Positions 8,995 through 19,569 are shown, numbered from the stretch's first letter. The stretch: DNA of 64,000 bases from Candidatus Marinacidobacterales bacterium (GCA_965224085.1 CBDCYI010000005.1:416001-480000); one strand, 5' to 3'. Numbers and translations: made by a program. The notes: generated from the sequence alone by a model not told the origin.

Positions 8995-11493
8995 GTGAGC
9001 CCAATCGCTGCAACTCTGGCCACGCTAGTCATTTTCTTTGCTCCGGGCCTACTCCTGGTGTCGGGCCTCGGCGGCACGCGAAGCGTTTTTCTGACCTTCG
9101 CAGAGCAGCTCTACTTGTCGGTGGCAGGAAGCCTCGTCATCTCCGGCTGGGTGGGGCTGGGCCTCGCTGGGCTCGGCCGTTTCACGCCCGTTCATGTCGC
9201 CGCGCTCGTTGCTGGGCTCGTGGCGCTCTTGGCGTTTGTCGCAAGAAAACGGCTATCCCTTCGTCCGGGGACGTTCGACGGACGGGAGCTGGCCGTGGCC
9301 GGCGGATTGCTCGCCTTTGCCGTCGTGATCTATTTCCCGCCCTTCGAGCACATCCTTGGCGGACGGGATCCGGGCATCTACGTCAATACTGGATTCCACT
9401 TGGCGCGCGAGGGGAATCTCACGTTCACGGATCCGCTGATCGCAAGCGTTCCACAAGAGGACTGGGCCTTGTTCTTCCGCGTCGACAAAGAGATTCCGGA
9501 CTGGAGCCATTTGCGCTTTCAGGGTTATGCGCTCGAGTCGCCGGCCACGGCGCGCGTGACGCCGCACGGCCTTCACCTCTACTCGACTTGGGTCGGCACC
9601 GCCGCCGCGATCTTCCAAATGAAGTCGGGCCTCTACGCAACGCCTTTTTTCTCCATGATGGGCGCACTCGGCTTTTTCTTCGCGATCAAGCGCTTATTCG
9701 GGTTCGAAGCCGCCGCCTGGGCGGGTGCTTTCCTCACGGTCTTTCAGATCCAGATCTGGTTCGCCCGTTTTCCGAACTCCGAGGTCGTCGTGCAGTTCCT
9801 CTATGCCACGGCACTTCTGCTGTTCTATTTCATGGAGGAGAAGCGCTCAGCGCTCGCGGGTGCTTTGGCGGGCGTGGCTCTCGGCTCGACGCTTCTCGCA
9901 CGCATCGAGAACGTTCTCTTTCTCGTACCCGTTGCTCTCTTTTTCGGGTGGAAGAGACTGCGCCGCGAGCTCGGCGCTCCGGAGCTCACCTTTCTCGGCG
10001 GCTTCGGCCTCGTGGCCCTTCATGCAGTCCTTCACGATCGATTCATCGCCTGGCCTTACGTGTCGAGCGTACTCGGCCGGCACTATTGGCGCTTTCTCGG
10101 AGAGAACCTCTTTCTCGTTGCTCTCATAGCGGCAGGCGCCGCTGTCGCCATCGACCGCCTCGCCACAGCACTTCCGGCTTCGATTTACGATCGCTTGCGA
10201 TCGGAAAAGCTCCGCATCTTCGTGGCAATAGCGCTCGCGGGCTTGGCGCTTTTCACTTATTTCGTGCGCCCTTTCTGGCACGGCCCGCGCACGGCGCCCC
10301 ATGACGCCGAAGCGTTTGTGCGCATGAGCTGGTATCTCTATCCGATCGGGGTCGGCTTCGCGGTGGCGGGGGCCATGTGGCTCATTGTGCGGGCCCGGAA
10401 AAGCCAAGTCTTCTTCCTCCTCGTCGGGCTCACGTTCTCGCTCTTCTTCTTCTACAAAGTCCGCGTATGGCACGACCACTATTTCGCGATGCGTCGGTTC
10501 ATCCCCGTCATCTTGCCGAGCTTCATCGCTTGCATGAGCCTCTTTCTCGCGAGCCTCCACGCGCCGACTCGTCGATTCATGAGCGCGGGCTCGCGCGTCA
10601 TCGCTGTGCTCCTCCTCGTGCTCTACCTCTCCGAAGGCCGGCGCCTCTGGGCGGTGTCTGGACACGAGGAGTTTCGCGGGAGCCTCGACTTCGTGGAAGA
10701 CCTCGCGCGCCACATCGGGGATAACGACGTCGTCATCTTCCCTCGTCGAGAAGGCCTGCACCTGCTCGAGCTCCCCTTGGCCGAGCTCGAAGGCAAAAAG
10801 GTCCTCGAGTTCTACTCGTTGAAACCTCCTCGCGATCAGCTGGAAGATTTGCTCGTGCAATGGCGCGGCGTCTACGGCGACGTCTACTTCGTCACCAACT
10901 ACAAAATCTCGCTTTCCGGGCTCTTCACCCGGCACGTCAAGGATTTCTGGTTCGCGACCGAGAAGTTCCAATATGCCTATACGAGCCCGCCGGCGGGGGC
11001 GGAGCCGTTCCACCTTCGCTTTACCTTGTCGAAGGCGGTAGACCTCGACGATTTGGCCGAGCGCGTCCCCGAGCTTCCCTTCCTGGACGTGGGTGGGAGT
11101 GATGATCTACAAGTATCCTGGTTTCACGAGAAGGAGCTCGATGAAGAAGGGACGAGCTACCGATGGAGTCAAAGGATATCGCCCATCTTTCTCCCCGCCA
11201 TCGGCGGCGGCTCGAAACACCTCGCGATCCGCCTAGCCGGGCCAAAGGAAGAAGACGCGCCCAATCACTCCGTCGAAATTAGCCTCGGCGAAGAGGTTCT
11301 GGAAACGATCACGCCGAGCCGAAGCTTCGAGAATTACCTTCTCGACATCCCAGAGGCCCTCGCCATGCGCGAGGACGTCACCTATTCGATCCTCACGCTT
11401 CGAAGCAAAACGTGGCGCCCTTCGAACTGGATAGCGGGCTCCACGGATGTGCGCGATCTCGGTGTTCGGATCGAATCGATTGAAGTGCGGTAA
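8995..11493 (+). CDS. Large polytopic membrane protein, GT-C glycosyltransferase-like
   Basis: More than 12 TM segments, a GGRDPGIY loop, QIWFARFPNSE, RRFIPVILP and a soluble C-terminal domain. Confidence 0.6.
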   Translation: MSPIAATLATLVIFFAPGLLLVSGLGGTRSVFLTFAEQLYLSVAGSLVISGWVGLGLAGLGRFTPVHVAALVAGLVALLAFVARKRLSLRPGTFDGRELAVAGGLLAFAVVIYFPPFEHILGGRDPGIYVNTGFHLAREGNLTFTDPLIASVPQEDWALFFRVDKEIPDWSHLRFQGYALESPATARVTPHGLHLYSTWVGTAAAIFQMKSGLYATPFFSMMGALGFFFAIKRLFGFEAAAWAGAFLTVFQIQIWFARFPNSEVVVQFLYATALLLFYFMEEKRSALAGALAGVALGSTLLARIENVLFLVPVALFFGWKRLRRELGAPELTFLGGFGLVALHAVLHDRFIAWPYVSSVLGRHYWRFLGENLFLVALIAAGAAVAIDRLATALPASIYDRLRSEKLRIFVAIALAGLALFTYFVRPFWHGPRTAPHDAEAFVRMSWYLYPIGVGFAVAGAMWLIVRARKSQVFFLLVGLTFSLFFFYKVRVWHDHYFAMRRFIPVILPSFIACMSLFLASLHAPTRRFMSAGSRVIAVLLLVLYLSEGRRLWAVSGHEEFRGSLDFVEDLARHIGDNDVVIFPRREGLHLLELPLAELEGKKVLEFYSLKPPRDQLEDLLVQWRGVYGDVYFVTNYKISLSGLFTRHVKDFWFATEKFQYAYTSPPAGAEPFHLRFTLSKAVDLDDLAERVPELPFLDVGGSDDLQVSWFHEKELDEEGTSYRWSQRISPIFLPAIGGGSKHLAIRLAGPKEEDAPNHSVEISLGEEVLETITPSRSFENYLLDIPEALAMREDVTYSILTLRSKTWRPSNWIAGSTDVRDLGVRIESIEVR

Positions 11494-11512
11494 TCGACCA
11501 AAGGAGGACGCC

Positions 11513-12409
11513 ATGCGGTTAGCGATGCTACTGCTCACTTTTGCAAGCGCGTCGGAAGCGGCACGAATCAACAAAGCCATCGAGCTTCTCGCCCAAGGAC
11601 AGCCCGTCTATTACACGACGAGCCGCGGCGGCTACGAAGAAGGCAAAGCGCTCGCACAAACCTGGGCGGATTACATCAACTACGAGCTCGAGCACGGCGC
11701 ATTCGACGTCACCAAGCTACGAGAGTTCATGCAAGGCCTCGTGGATGGCGGGCCGACCCCGAGCGGGCATCGCACGCCCGCCGTCGTCGCTACCATCCCC
11801 GCGCTCGGTCTCGATGAAGCGATGATGCGCGCCAACGGATGGGTCGTGCAACAAGTGCTGGCGGCCGGAGTGCACGGCGTCATCCTCTGCCACGCCCGCA
11901 CGGCCGGCGCCGTGGGCGCGTTCGTACAAGCGGCGCGCTACCCGTTTCACGAGCAGGAGGTCGGCGGCGGCTTGGAAGAAGGCCTGCGCGGCAGCGGAAG
12001 TCAACATTTCGCGGCGCAGATCTGGGGGATTTCATCGGGCGACTATCTGAAAGTCGCCGATACGTGGCCGCTGAACCCGGAAGGCGAGATCTTGCTCGGG
12101 TTGAAGATCGAGGATCGCCACGCGCTCGAGAACACGGAAGCCACAACCAAAGTGCCGGGCGTCGGATTCGCGGAGTGGGGTCCGGGCGACATGAGCTTCT
12201 CGTACGGTTTTCTCTCGAGGCCGCGGCCCGACCCGCAAGTGCTCGTTGACGCGCGGGCGCGGGTTTTGGCGGCGACCAAAGCCGCGAGAATTTTCTTTCT
12301 GAACTCCGTCACGTCGGACAACGTTGAAGCCCAGATCGACGACGGGATGATGATCGGCGCCGCCAATGAAGAAGCGGCCCGTAAAGGGCGCGTTTACTCG
12401 CGCCGCTAG
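11513..12409 (+). CDS. HpcH/HpaI aldolase/citrate-lyase family protein with signal peptide
   Basis: YELEHG, QQVLAAGVHGV, LKIED and WGPGDM motifs; AGGAGG RBS; hydrophobic N-terminus. Confidence 0.75.
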   Translation: MRLAMLLLTFASASEAARINKAIELLAQGQPVYYTTSRGGYEEGKALAQTWADYINYELEHGAFDVTKLREFMQGLVDGGPTPSGHRTPAVVATIPALGLDEAMMRANGWVVQQVLAAGVHGVILCHARTAGAVGAFVQAARYPFHEQEVGGGLEEGLRGSGSQHFAAQIWGISSGDYLKVADTWPLNPEGEILLGLKIEDRHALENTEATTKVPGVGFAEWGPGDMSFSYGFLSRPRPDPQVLVDARARVLAATKAARIFFLNSVTSDNVEAQIDDGMMIGAANEEAARKGRVYSRR

Positions 12410-12416
12410 CCCTCGA

Positions 12417-13487
12417 CTAGTGGACTGTAACAGCTGAACGTTTAGTAGTTTTGATGCGCCGTGACGGATCGTTGTAGGTCCACTTCACGGGCTTAGGGTC
12501 TTTGTTGTACTTGCGAATGTAGCGCATGATCTTGCGGGTTAGGTCTTTGGTGGAGGTGAACACTCCTCGATGGATCAGGTCGCGCTCGATCTTGGAGAAC
12601 CAGAGCTCGACTTTGTTCAGCCAGGAGGAGTAGGTGGGTGTGAAGTGCAATTGGAGTTTCGGATTGGCCTGGAGGAACTCGGTGACCTTGGCAGTTTTGT
12701 GGGCCGAGAGATTGTCGAGGATGACGTGAATTTCACGCTTTCGCTTGTGGCTCGCAACCAGCTGCTCCAAGAAGGCGACAAACTCCTGGCTGGTATGTCG
12801 GCGGACGGTCTTGCCAAAAACTTCCCCCGTCTTCGTGTCAAAGGCGGCGTAGAGAGAAAGCGTTCCATTCCGGACGTACTCGAAACCGTGTCTTTCGGCC
12901 CGCCCGGGAGACAACGGCAAGATCGGGTCCCGTCGATCCAGGGCTTGGATCGCCGTTTTCTCGTCAATACAAAACACCGCAGCGTGCTGAGGCGGATTCA
13001 TATAGAGACCGATGACATCCGCTGCCTTCTTCTCGAAATCCGGGTCGTTGGACGCTTTGTAATATTCAATTCGGTGTGGCTGTAGACCGTGTTTTTTCCA
13101 AGTACGAGCCACCATCATGTGATGGATTCCCAGTTTCTTCGCAAGTCGGCGCGTGCTCCAGTGAGTCGAGCCGTCGGTCGGGCTCTTTTGAGTCCACGAA
13201 AGAATCCGTGCTTCCATCCGAGGCGTGAGCACCTGAACCGGACGTCCCTCGTGACGCGAGTACAGACCTGCCAGCCGCTCCTCCAAGAATCGGCGCTTCC
13301 ACTTGCTGACAAAAGGCGCCGTGCAGCCTACCCACTGCTGCACCTGCGTGTAGCTCGCACCTTCGTCCAACAAGAGCAACACGCGAGCAATCCGCGCGTC
13401 GTCAGCACGACCGCTACGGCTCGAAACTCGTTTGCCAAGTTCCCTACGTTCCGCTCGAGTCAAAACAACGCTGGTCCTCTCTTGCAT
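12417..13487 (-). CDS. IS630 family DDE transposase
   Basis: HTH region, THWSTRRLA, CIDEK, ILDNLSAHK and HFTPTYSSWLNKVE. Confidence 0.95.
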   Translation of the reverse strand: MQERTSVVLTRAERRELGKRVSSRSGRADDARIARVLLLLDEGASYTQVQQWVGCTAPFVSKWKRRFLEERLAGLYSRHEGRPVQVLTPRMEARILSWTQKSPTDGSTHWSTRRLAKKLGIHHMMVARTWKKHGLQPHRIEYYKASNDPDFEKKAADVIGLYMNPPQHAAVFCIDEKTAIQALDRRDPILPLSPGRAERHGFEYVRNGTLSLYAAFDTKTGEVFGKTVRRHTSQEFVAFLEQLVASHKRKREIHVILDNLSAHKTAKVTEFLQANPKLQLHFTPTYSSWLNKVELWFSKIERDLIHRGVFTSTKDLTRKIMRYIRKYNKDPKPVKWTYNDPSRRIKTTKRSAVTVH

Positions 13488-13530
13488 GAGAGAAGTATAT
13501 CACTAAATGCTTATTTGTTACAGTCCACTA
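12418..13530 (-). mobile_element. Complete IS630-family insertion sequence
   Basis: Inverted ends TAGTGGACTGTAACA (12418) and TGTTACAGTCCACTA (ending 13530), including the duplicated TA of a CTAG target. Confidence 0.92.
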
Positions 13531-14482
13531 GGGTGCTGACGTGCGCGGTGGCGGCTTTGGCCAGGCCATCGATGTTGTAGCCCCCTTCGAGTAGAGATAC
13601 TAGGCGGCCGTCACAATATTGGTCGGCGACGTCCATCGCCGTCCGCGTCATGCGGCGAAACGCGTCGTCGGTGACGTCGAAGCAGCCAAGTGTATCTTCT
13701 TTGCGACTGTCGAAGCCGGCCGAAACGATGACGAAGTCAGGCTCGAACCTGGCGGCGGCCGGGAGCAGCTTTTTGTCCCAGGCGCGCAGCATGTCCACGT
13801 CTTTGGAGCCGCATTCGAGATGGACGTTGATATTCAACCCGCTTCCCTCCCCTTTACCCCCGAGAGAGGGATCGCCCGTCCCCGGATAAGCGTGCCAGTC
13901 ATGGCTTGAATAGAAGAGCACGGTGGGATCGTCATAGAACGTGTTCTGAGTGCCGTTGCCGTGGTGATAGTCCCAATCGATGATCAGGATCTTCTCGTAG
14001 CCGAATACGGACTGTGCATATTTCGCCGCGATCGCGGCATTGCTGTAGAAGCAGAACCCTTCTTCCCTGCCGGTATTGTTGGCGTGGTGGCCCGGGGGCC
14101 GGATCGCGCAGAACGCGTTGCGCACCTCTCCATGCGACACGGCGGAGACCGCAGCTAAAGCCCCTCCCACCGCGGCTTTCGCCACCCGACCCGTCGTTTC
14201 GATTTGTTGAATGGAGGCGACGTGCTCGGCGGTGTGATGGGCCCCGATGTGTGGAAGCGGCTCGTCGAGCCTCGAGATTGGCGTAACCTCCTCGTCGAGG
14301 CACTCGCGTTTCATTTCGAGGAGGATGCGCCGGAGCCGTTCCGGAGATTCCGGATGATCGGGTCGAAGCACATGGTCCAAATAGATCGCGTCATAGACAA
14401 ATCCTGTGGACGGTCTCGATTCTCGAGACAAGGCCAGAGGCGCGAGACTCAGCGCTCGGACGAATTCGCGGCGAGTGGTCAT
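13511..14482 (-). CDS. Histone deacetylase family (class II-like) amidohydrolase with twin-arginine N-terminus
   Basis: HPESPERL, RPPGHHA, GFC, DWDYHHGNGTQ, SAGFD and LEGGY motifs. The last codons come from the IS end. Confidence 0.9.
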   Translation of the reverse strand: MTTRREFVRALSLAPLALSRESRPSTGFVYDAIYLDHVLRPDHPESPERLRRILLEMKRECLDEEVTPISRLDEPLPHIGAHHTAEHVASIQQIETTGRVAKAAVGGALAAVSAVSHGEVRNAFCAIRPPGHHANNTGREEGFCFYSNAAIAAKYAQSVFGYEKILIIDWDYHHGNGTQNTFYDDPTVLFYSSHDWHAYPGTGDPSLGGKGEGSGLNINVHLECGSKDVDMLRAWDKKLLPAAARFEPDFVIVSAGFDSRKEDTLGCFDVTDDAFRRMTRTAMDVADQYCDGRLVSLLEGGYNIDGLAKAATAHVSTLVDCNK

Positions 14483-14580
14483 GAGAACCTCCCGGCCAAG
14501 TCTATCGAAGCTTTTGGACTTGCGCAGCTCTCAGGGTCGGGTGACACCGTGAAACGGCACTGGCTCAGCCAACGTGCGAC

Positions 14581-17139
14581 CTAGCCGGCGCGCAAGATTG
14601 AAAGCGGCTTGTGGCGGAGGACGTCGAGCGTCACGATAACGCCGATGAGGCTGACCGAGGTGGCGGCGACGAGCACGGCGACCGTGTTCGTCAGAAACGC
14701 GACCCGAAACGGGATCTCGAGCACTTGGCTGCTCAAAAGAAACGTCAGCACTTGCGCACCGAGGGCGCCGATTAAGCCCGCGACAGCGCCTAGGGTCCCG
14801 TATTCGAACAACATCATCGTCGCTACCCGGCCGCGGCTCGCGCCGAGCGTTCGGAATATCGCGGTCTCGTAGCGGCGTTGATATTTCGTCATCGCCACCG
14901 AGCCGAGCAGAATGAGCGCGCCGCTCACAAGCGCCACGCTCCCGACGACGGAGATCGCGAGCGAAATTTTCTCTACGACTTGCGCGAGCGCATCGAGGAT
15001 GTCGCGAAGGTCGACGACGGAGACGTTGTGGAAAGAAGCGAGAACGCGGCGTTGAAACTCCGCGCGCTCGAGAGCGTCGTTGGGTGCCTTGATGAAGCCG
15101 GCATAGGTGTTCGGAACTTTCTCGAGCCCGCCCGGCCGAAAGACGAACATGAAGCCGCCATTGCGCGCGTCGCTCCACTCCACATCTCGGATGCTCGTGA
15201 CCGTGGCTTCCATCGGTCGTCCCATGATGTCGAACGTGATCTTGTCGCCTACGTCCATCTCGTAGCGCCGGCGCAAGCTCGATTCAATCGAGACTTCGAG
15301 GTGCGGAGAGTGGCTTTCGTCCCAGAACCGTCCGGCGGCGATGCGCTCGTTGTCGTCCAAATGATTGCGGTAGGTAACCGTGTACTCGCGGCCGAGCCCG
15401 CCGTACTCGCGCACTTTCTCGTAGGATTCGAGCTGGGCCTTCGTGCCGTCGACGCGCACGACACGCGCGCGCAGCACCGGCACGAGGTTCACGTGACTCG
15501 CGCCTGAATCCCATGCCCGGGCTTCGAGAGTCTCGACCTGATCTCTTTGTATGTCGATGAAGAACATGTCGGGTGCACCGTCCCGCAGCTCGACGGCGAA
15601 CTCCGCGAGAAGATTCTCTTGGATGCTGCGAACGGTCAGGACGAAGCAGGCGCCCACCCCGACGGCGAGCAAGATCACCCGCGTCTGATTGCCCGGGCGG
15701 CTGACGTTCAAGACGGCGTGCCGCAGCGGGAAGTACGCTTTCTTGGCGATGGGCGCTACCGCTCTGACGAGACCGACGCCCGCAAAATGAAGGCAGAGGC
15801 TGACGACGGCAAACGTGCCGCAGACATACGCACCGACGAGAAGCGAGTCCGCTTGCCACGACGCGAGCCCCACCAATGCTGTGAGCAGGAAAAATCCCGC
15901 GCCGACTTGAAGCCGGTCGAGCTTTTGGAGCCGCCCGCGAAGACCGCCGCCTCGCACCTGGGGCTCCAACTGCCCTTCGGGGCGCAAAAGCCAAAGTGGC
16001 CGGACGAGACGGACATGCAGGAGCGGAATGAGCGAGAAGAGCGTCGAGACCAAAAGACCAATACCCACGCCTTGCACGATGGCCGACCCCGTGAGGCTGA
16101 GCTCGACATCCTGGAGATCAAGCCCTAGCCCGGGCGGGATGGCTGCTATCGCCCCCGCCGCGAAGACGACGCCGGCGACGCTTCCCAAAGCGCTTAGTGC
16201 CATCACTTGAAAGAAATAGATCGCGAGCACTTGGCGCGTGCTCGCGCCGAGACACTTGAGAACCGCGATGCTCTTGAGCTTTTGCGCGACGAAAACGCGC
16301 ACGACGCTCCAAACGCCTACGCCGCCAAGGATGAGAATGACGAAGCCCGCGAGGCTCAAATAACTCTCGCCGCGATTCAGGCGGCGAGCGAGCCGGTCTC
16401 CCGCTTCGCGATAGGACCGAACCCGGACGAACTCGTTCGCAAGCGCGCCTTGTAGATCCCAAACGAGATCTTGGATCCCCTCTTCTTCCATGCGCACGAG
16501 AATTTGCCGCCAGACGCGGCCGCCGAAGTCGACAAGCCCTGTCTCCGCAATATCTGCGTAGTCGACGAAGACCCTCGGCCCCATCGTAAACATCCTGAGG
16601 CTACGCCCCGCTTCGCGCACGACGATGCCTCGGATCTCGAACCTGTGCTCGCCAATCCGGATGTTGTCGCCGACTTCTAACTCGAGACGGGTGAGAAGCT
16701 CGGGCCGCACGACAGCCCCGCCATTGTCGAGGAGCGCGTGCTCGTAAGTCGCACCCGCGAGCTCGATCTTCCCGTAATACGGGAAGCCCTCCTCGATGGC
16801 GCGAAGCTCCACCAGTGTCGAGGCCTCGCTCTCGTCATCATCGCGCCGCGCCATCGTCGTCGACTCGATCGCGCGAGACGTCCCGAGCACACCGTGCTTC
16901 TCGAGCTTTTCCTCGATGATGGAAGCCGCATTATCGGTGTAAGCGCGGTTGCTATATATGAGGATGTCCGCGGCGGTGAGACTCTTCGACTCTTTCATTA
17001 GCGCCGTGCGGACGCTCTGAATGACCGAGCGGAGTGCCACCATCGATGCAACACCCACGGCGATACAGAGAAAGAAGAAAACGAGCCGGCTCCACGAAGC
17101 GCGCATCTCCCGCCCAGCCATGCGTAGGACGAATCTCAC
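14581..17139 (-). CDS. ABC transporter permease, YbbP/FtsX-like
   Basis: Duplicated FtsX halves, YPYYG-like motif, APDMFFIDIQ and RTLGAS. Confidence 0.85.
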   Translation of the reverse strand: MRFVLRMAGREMRASWSRLVFFFLCIAVGVASMVALRSVIQSVRTALMKESKSLTAADILIYSNRAYTDNAASIIEEKLEKHGVLGTSRAIESTTMARRDDDESEASTLVELRAIEEGFPYYGKIELAGATYEHALLDNGGAVVRPELLTRLELEVGDNIRIGEHRFEIRGIVVREAGRSLRMFTMGPRVFVDYADIAETGLVDFGGRVWRQILVRMEEEGIQDLVWDLQGALANEFVRVRSYREAGDRLARRLNRGESYLSLAGFVILILGGVGVWSVVRVFVAQKLKSIAVLKCLGASTRQVLAIYFFQVMALSALGSVAGVVFAAGAIAAIPPGLGLDLQDVELSLTGSAIVQGVGIGLLVSTLFSLIPLLHVRLVRPLWLLRPEGQLEPQVRGGGLRGRLQKLDRLQVGAGFFLLTALVGLASWQADSLLVGAYVCGTFAVVSLCLHFAGVGLVRAVAPIAKKAYFPLRHAVLNVSRPGNQTRVILLAVGVGACFVLTVRSIQENLLAEFAVELRDGAPDMFFIDIQRDQVETLEARAWDSGASHVNLVPVLRARVVRVDGTKAQLESYEKVREYGGLGREYTVTYRNHLDDNERIAAGRFWDESHSPHLEVSIESSLRRRYEMDVGDKITFDIMGRPMEATVTSIRDVEWSDARNGGFMFVFRPGGLEKVPNTYAGFIKAPNDALERAEFQRRVLASFHNVSVVDLRDILDALAQVVEKISLAISVVGSVALVSGALILLGSVAMTKYQRRYETAIFRTLGASRGRVATMMLFEYGTLGAVAGLIGALGAQVLTFLLSSQVLEIPFRVAFLTNTVAVLVAATSVSLIGVIVTLDVLRHKPLSILRAG

Positions 17140-17145
17140 TTGGGC

Positions 17146-17853
17146 TCAGCTCCCGGCCGCGGCCGTTTGAACGTCCGTGGCGTCGTGGGTCTCGATGAGG
17201 TCGATGCGCCCGTCTTTGAGGACGAGAGTAACGTCCGACATGCGCGCGATCTCGGTATTGTGGGTCGCGAGCACGATCGTCGTCTTGCGCCGCTCATGGA
17301 CGGCGAGGATGATGTCAATGATGTGCTTGCCGTTCGAGCTGTCGAGGTTCCCCGTCGGCTCATCCGCGAGCAGAATAGGCGGGTCGTTCGCCAAAGCGCG
17401 TGCGATGGCCACTCTCTGCTGCTCGCCGCCTGATAGTTGCGACGGGTAGTGATGCGTTCTTTCCGAAAGCCCGACTTCGTCGAGAAGCGCGCGCGATTTC
17501 TTCTCCGCATCCGCAATGCCGAAGAGCTCCATCGGCACGAGCACGTTCTCGAGCGCCGTCAGCGACGGCAGCAAGTGAAAGAACTGAAACACGAAGCCGA
17601 TGCGCTCGCCCCGGAGGCGCGCGAGCTCGTCTTCGCTCAACTCGACGAGATTGACTCCGTCGACAAGGACGCTGCCATCCGTTGGCGCGTCGAGCCCGGC
17701 AATCAAACCGAGGAGCGTCGACTTACCGCTTCCCGACGGGCCCACGATGGCGAGGAACTGCCCTTCCGGCACTTCGAGATCGAGCGGGTGAAGAATCGTT
17801 AGATCCTCGGACCCGCTGGCGACGACTTTCTTGACTTGTTCGAGGCGAATCAT
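17146..17853 (-). CDS. ABC transporter ATP-binding protein, YbbA/LolD-like
   Basis: [17 protein letters not shown] and [10 protein letters not shown] motifs. Confidence 0.92.
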   Translation of the reverse strand: MIRLEQVKKVVASGSEDLTILHPLDLEVPEGQFLAIVGPSGSGKSTLLGLIAGLDAPTDGSVLVDGVNLVELSEDELARLRGERIGFVFQFFHLLPSLTALENVLVPMELFGIADAEKKSRALLDEVGLSERTHHYPSQLSGGEQQRVAIARALANDPPILLADEPTGNLDSSNGKHIIDIILAVHERRKTTIVLATHNTEIARMSDVTLVLKDGRIDLIETHDATDVQTAAAGS

Positions 17854-18542
17854 TGAAGCATCGGCTTCAAGTACTTCCAGACGTTGTCGGCAACGATACG
17901 AGCGCCGGCGGCGTTGGGATGTTTGCCGTCCGACTGGTTGAGCGACGCCACGCCCGCAACGTCTTCGAGCAGATTGGGCATGAATGTCACATCCCGCTCC
18001 TCGGCGAGCTGAGCATAGACAGCGAGCAGATTTCGAATGTAGCGGTCGTCCGGCACCTCCTCCGAGCCGAGCCCGGCGAGGAGGACCGGGATGCCTCGTG
18101 CCTCGACACCATCGATAATCGTCCCGAGATTCTTTTTCATTTCGCTCGGCGGCAAACCGCGCAAGCCGTCATTGCCTCCGAGCGCGAGGACGAACGCCGC
18201 CACGTCACGGTCTTCGAGAACCCAGTCGAGCCGGCGGACCCCACCGGCGGAAGTGTCCCCCGAAACGCCGGCATTGATCACTTCATAAGGATAGCCGGCG
18301 GCATCAACGAGCTCCTGAAGGTCCGCGGGATAAGCTTCGTTCTGACCGATGCCGAAGCCGGCAGTCAGGCTGTCGCCGAAAGCAACGATCTTTCGCTGGT
18401 GGTGACGATCTAGGTGGGCCGGGTCGGCTAGGGCTTCTGCGGCCGTGGTAGGCTCCGGCCGCTCGGGAGGCGCCTGCTCGACTGGGCGCTCGTCACAGCC
18501 CAGGAGGCAGAAAAGCGCGATCCACCCGCCAACAAGCCGCAT
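17850..18542 (-). CDS. GDSL arylesterase/acyl-CoA thioesterase I (TesA-like) lipoprotein
   Basis: AFGDSLTAG, NAGVSGDTS, LGGND and DGKHPN motifs; LLGC lipobox. Confidence 0.88.
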   Translation of the reverse strand: MRLVGGWIALFCLLGCDERPVEQAPPERPEPTTAAEALADPAHLDRHHQRKIVAFGDSLTAGFGIGQNEAYPADLQELVDAAGYPYEVINAGVSGDTSAGGVRRLDWVLEDRDVAAFVLALGGNDGLRGLPPSEMKKNLGTIIDGVEARGIPVLLAGLGSEEVPDDRYIRNLLAVYAQLAEERDVTFMPNLLEDVAGVASLNQSDGKHPNAAGARIVADNVWKYLKPMLQ

Positions 18543-18562
18543 GGACCTAGACTAACCATCCC

Positions 18563-18616
18563 TTCCGCTGGACGCCAGCGGAATCGCTTGAAAAGACCAG
18601 GCACTCTGTCTAGAAT
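18563..18616 (+). promoter_or_regulatory. Sigma70-type promoter preceded by a 9-bp perfect inverted repeat
   Basis: TTGAAA(18588)-N17-TAGAAT(18611); TTCCGCTGG-ACG-CCAGCGGAA at 18563-18583. Confidence 0.5.
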
Positions 18617-18648
18617 CCGCCCGCACAGAGATAAGAAAAGGAAGAAAA

Positions 18649-19077
18649 ATGGCGAAACTCACCAATCCTGAATCCTTGGCCACGGACGTCCAACAAGCCT
18701 TCGAGGCGCTGCGCTCCGAGCACAAGCTTCGCTCGGTCACGGACGAAGAGAGCGGCACCGGCGTCGACCGGCTGGCCCAGGGCGTGTACGGCTTCACCTA
18801 TTCCCCTGCGGTCGAGAACTTTCCGCTCTTCAAGGAACGCGATCTGCGCAGCTACGAAGGCCACAAGCTCGCGGACGGAAGCGTCCTCGTTCTCGGTTTT
18901 CTCACGGCGGCCGAAAAACAGACCACCGACGAGGCGTCCGGCACCGGCACGATCCACCTTTTCGCCGAGCCCAAAGACGACGCCACCGAGCTCGTTCGCA
19001 TTCCCATGAAGCGCGTGAAGCGCTCCGTGGAACATTCTCAGCGTGGCGACAAAGGGCTCGAAATCGAGCTCGGCTAG
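18649..19077 (+). CDS. Hypothetical protein
   Basis: Clean ORF with an upstream promoter, purine-rich RBS and typical codon usage. Confidence 0.7.
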   Translation: MAKLTNPESLATDVQQAFEALRSEHKLRSVTDEESGTGVDRLAQGVYGFTYSPAVENFPLFKERDLRSYEGHKLADGSVLVLGFLTAAEKQTTDEASGTGTIHLFAEPKDDATELVRIPMKRVKRSVEHSQRGDKGLEIELG

Positions 19078-19081
19078 TGCA

Positions 19082-19400
19082 CTAGCGCATGGTTGCGAGC
19101 ATGCGCTGCGCCACGTCCTGATTGATATCCGCGGGGACAGGCTGGGGCCCGTTCACCAAACCAATCGTTTGCCCGACGCCGTGCTGGTTCTCTACGATCG
19201 ATTTCAGAGGCTGTCATTGATGACGATGACCGGGAATTTCACCTGGCTGCTGAGCTCTTCGCGAAGGCGGTTCGCGCCCGTCGTCGTCTCCTCCGTGCCG
19301 CCGACAATCATCGTGCGTTTCAAGAGCGCGAGGGCCGCCAGATCAGCACCGTTGTCGAGGAGCAAGCTGGGCGTGTGCTCGACAACGCGCTCGAGGTTTT
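19082..19400 (-). pseudogene. Adenosylhomocysteinase-like fragments (internally deleted, frameshifted)
   Basis: LLLDNGADL, GGTEETTTGANRL and FPVIVINDS(P)LKSIVENQHGVGQT, joined to the C-terminal QPVPADINQDVAQRML. Confidence 0.6.
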
Positions 19401-19569
19401 GCAGCTCGAGCAGGTTCATGCTGTCTGCGGACGGCCGGAAAGCGCAATCCTCCGAACGAAGCCCGTCCGTGGCCCAGTGATAGCGAAAGGCTAGCCCGTC
19501 GATAAAGCGGGCAAAAACCGTCGTTCCTGAGAGCACTTCGGGATGGCCGGAGATCTCGTTCCCAAACAT
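19400..19569 (-). pseudogene. N-terminal fragment of an unrelated hypothetical (DinB-like) protein
   Basis: ARFIDGLAFRYHWATDGL segment fused to the SAHH-like fragment. Confidence 0.4.
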
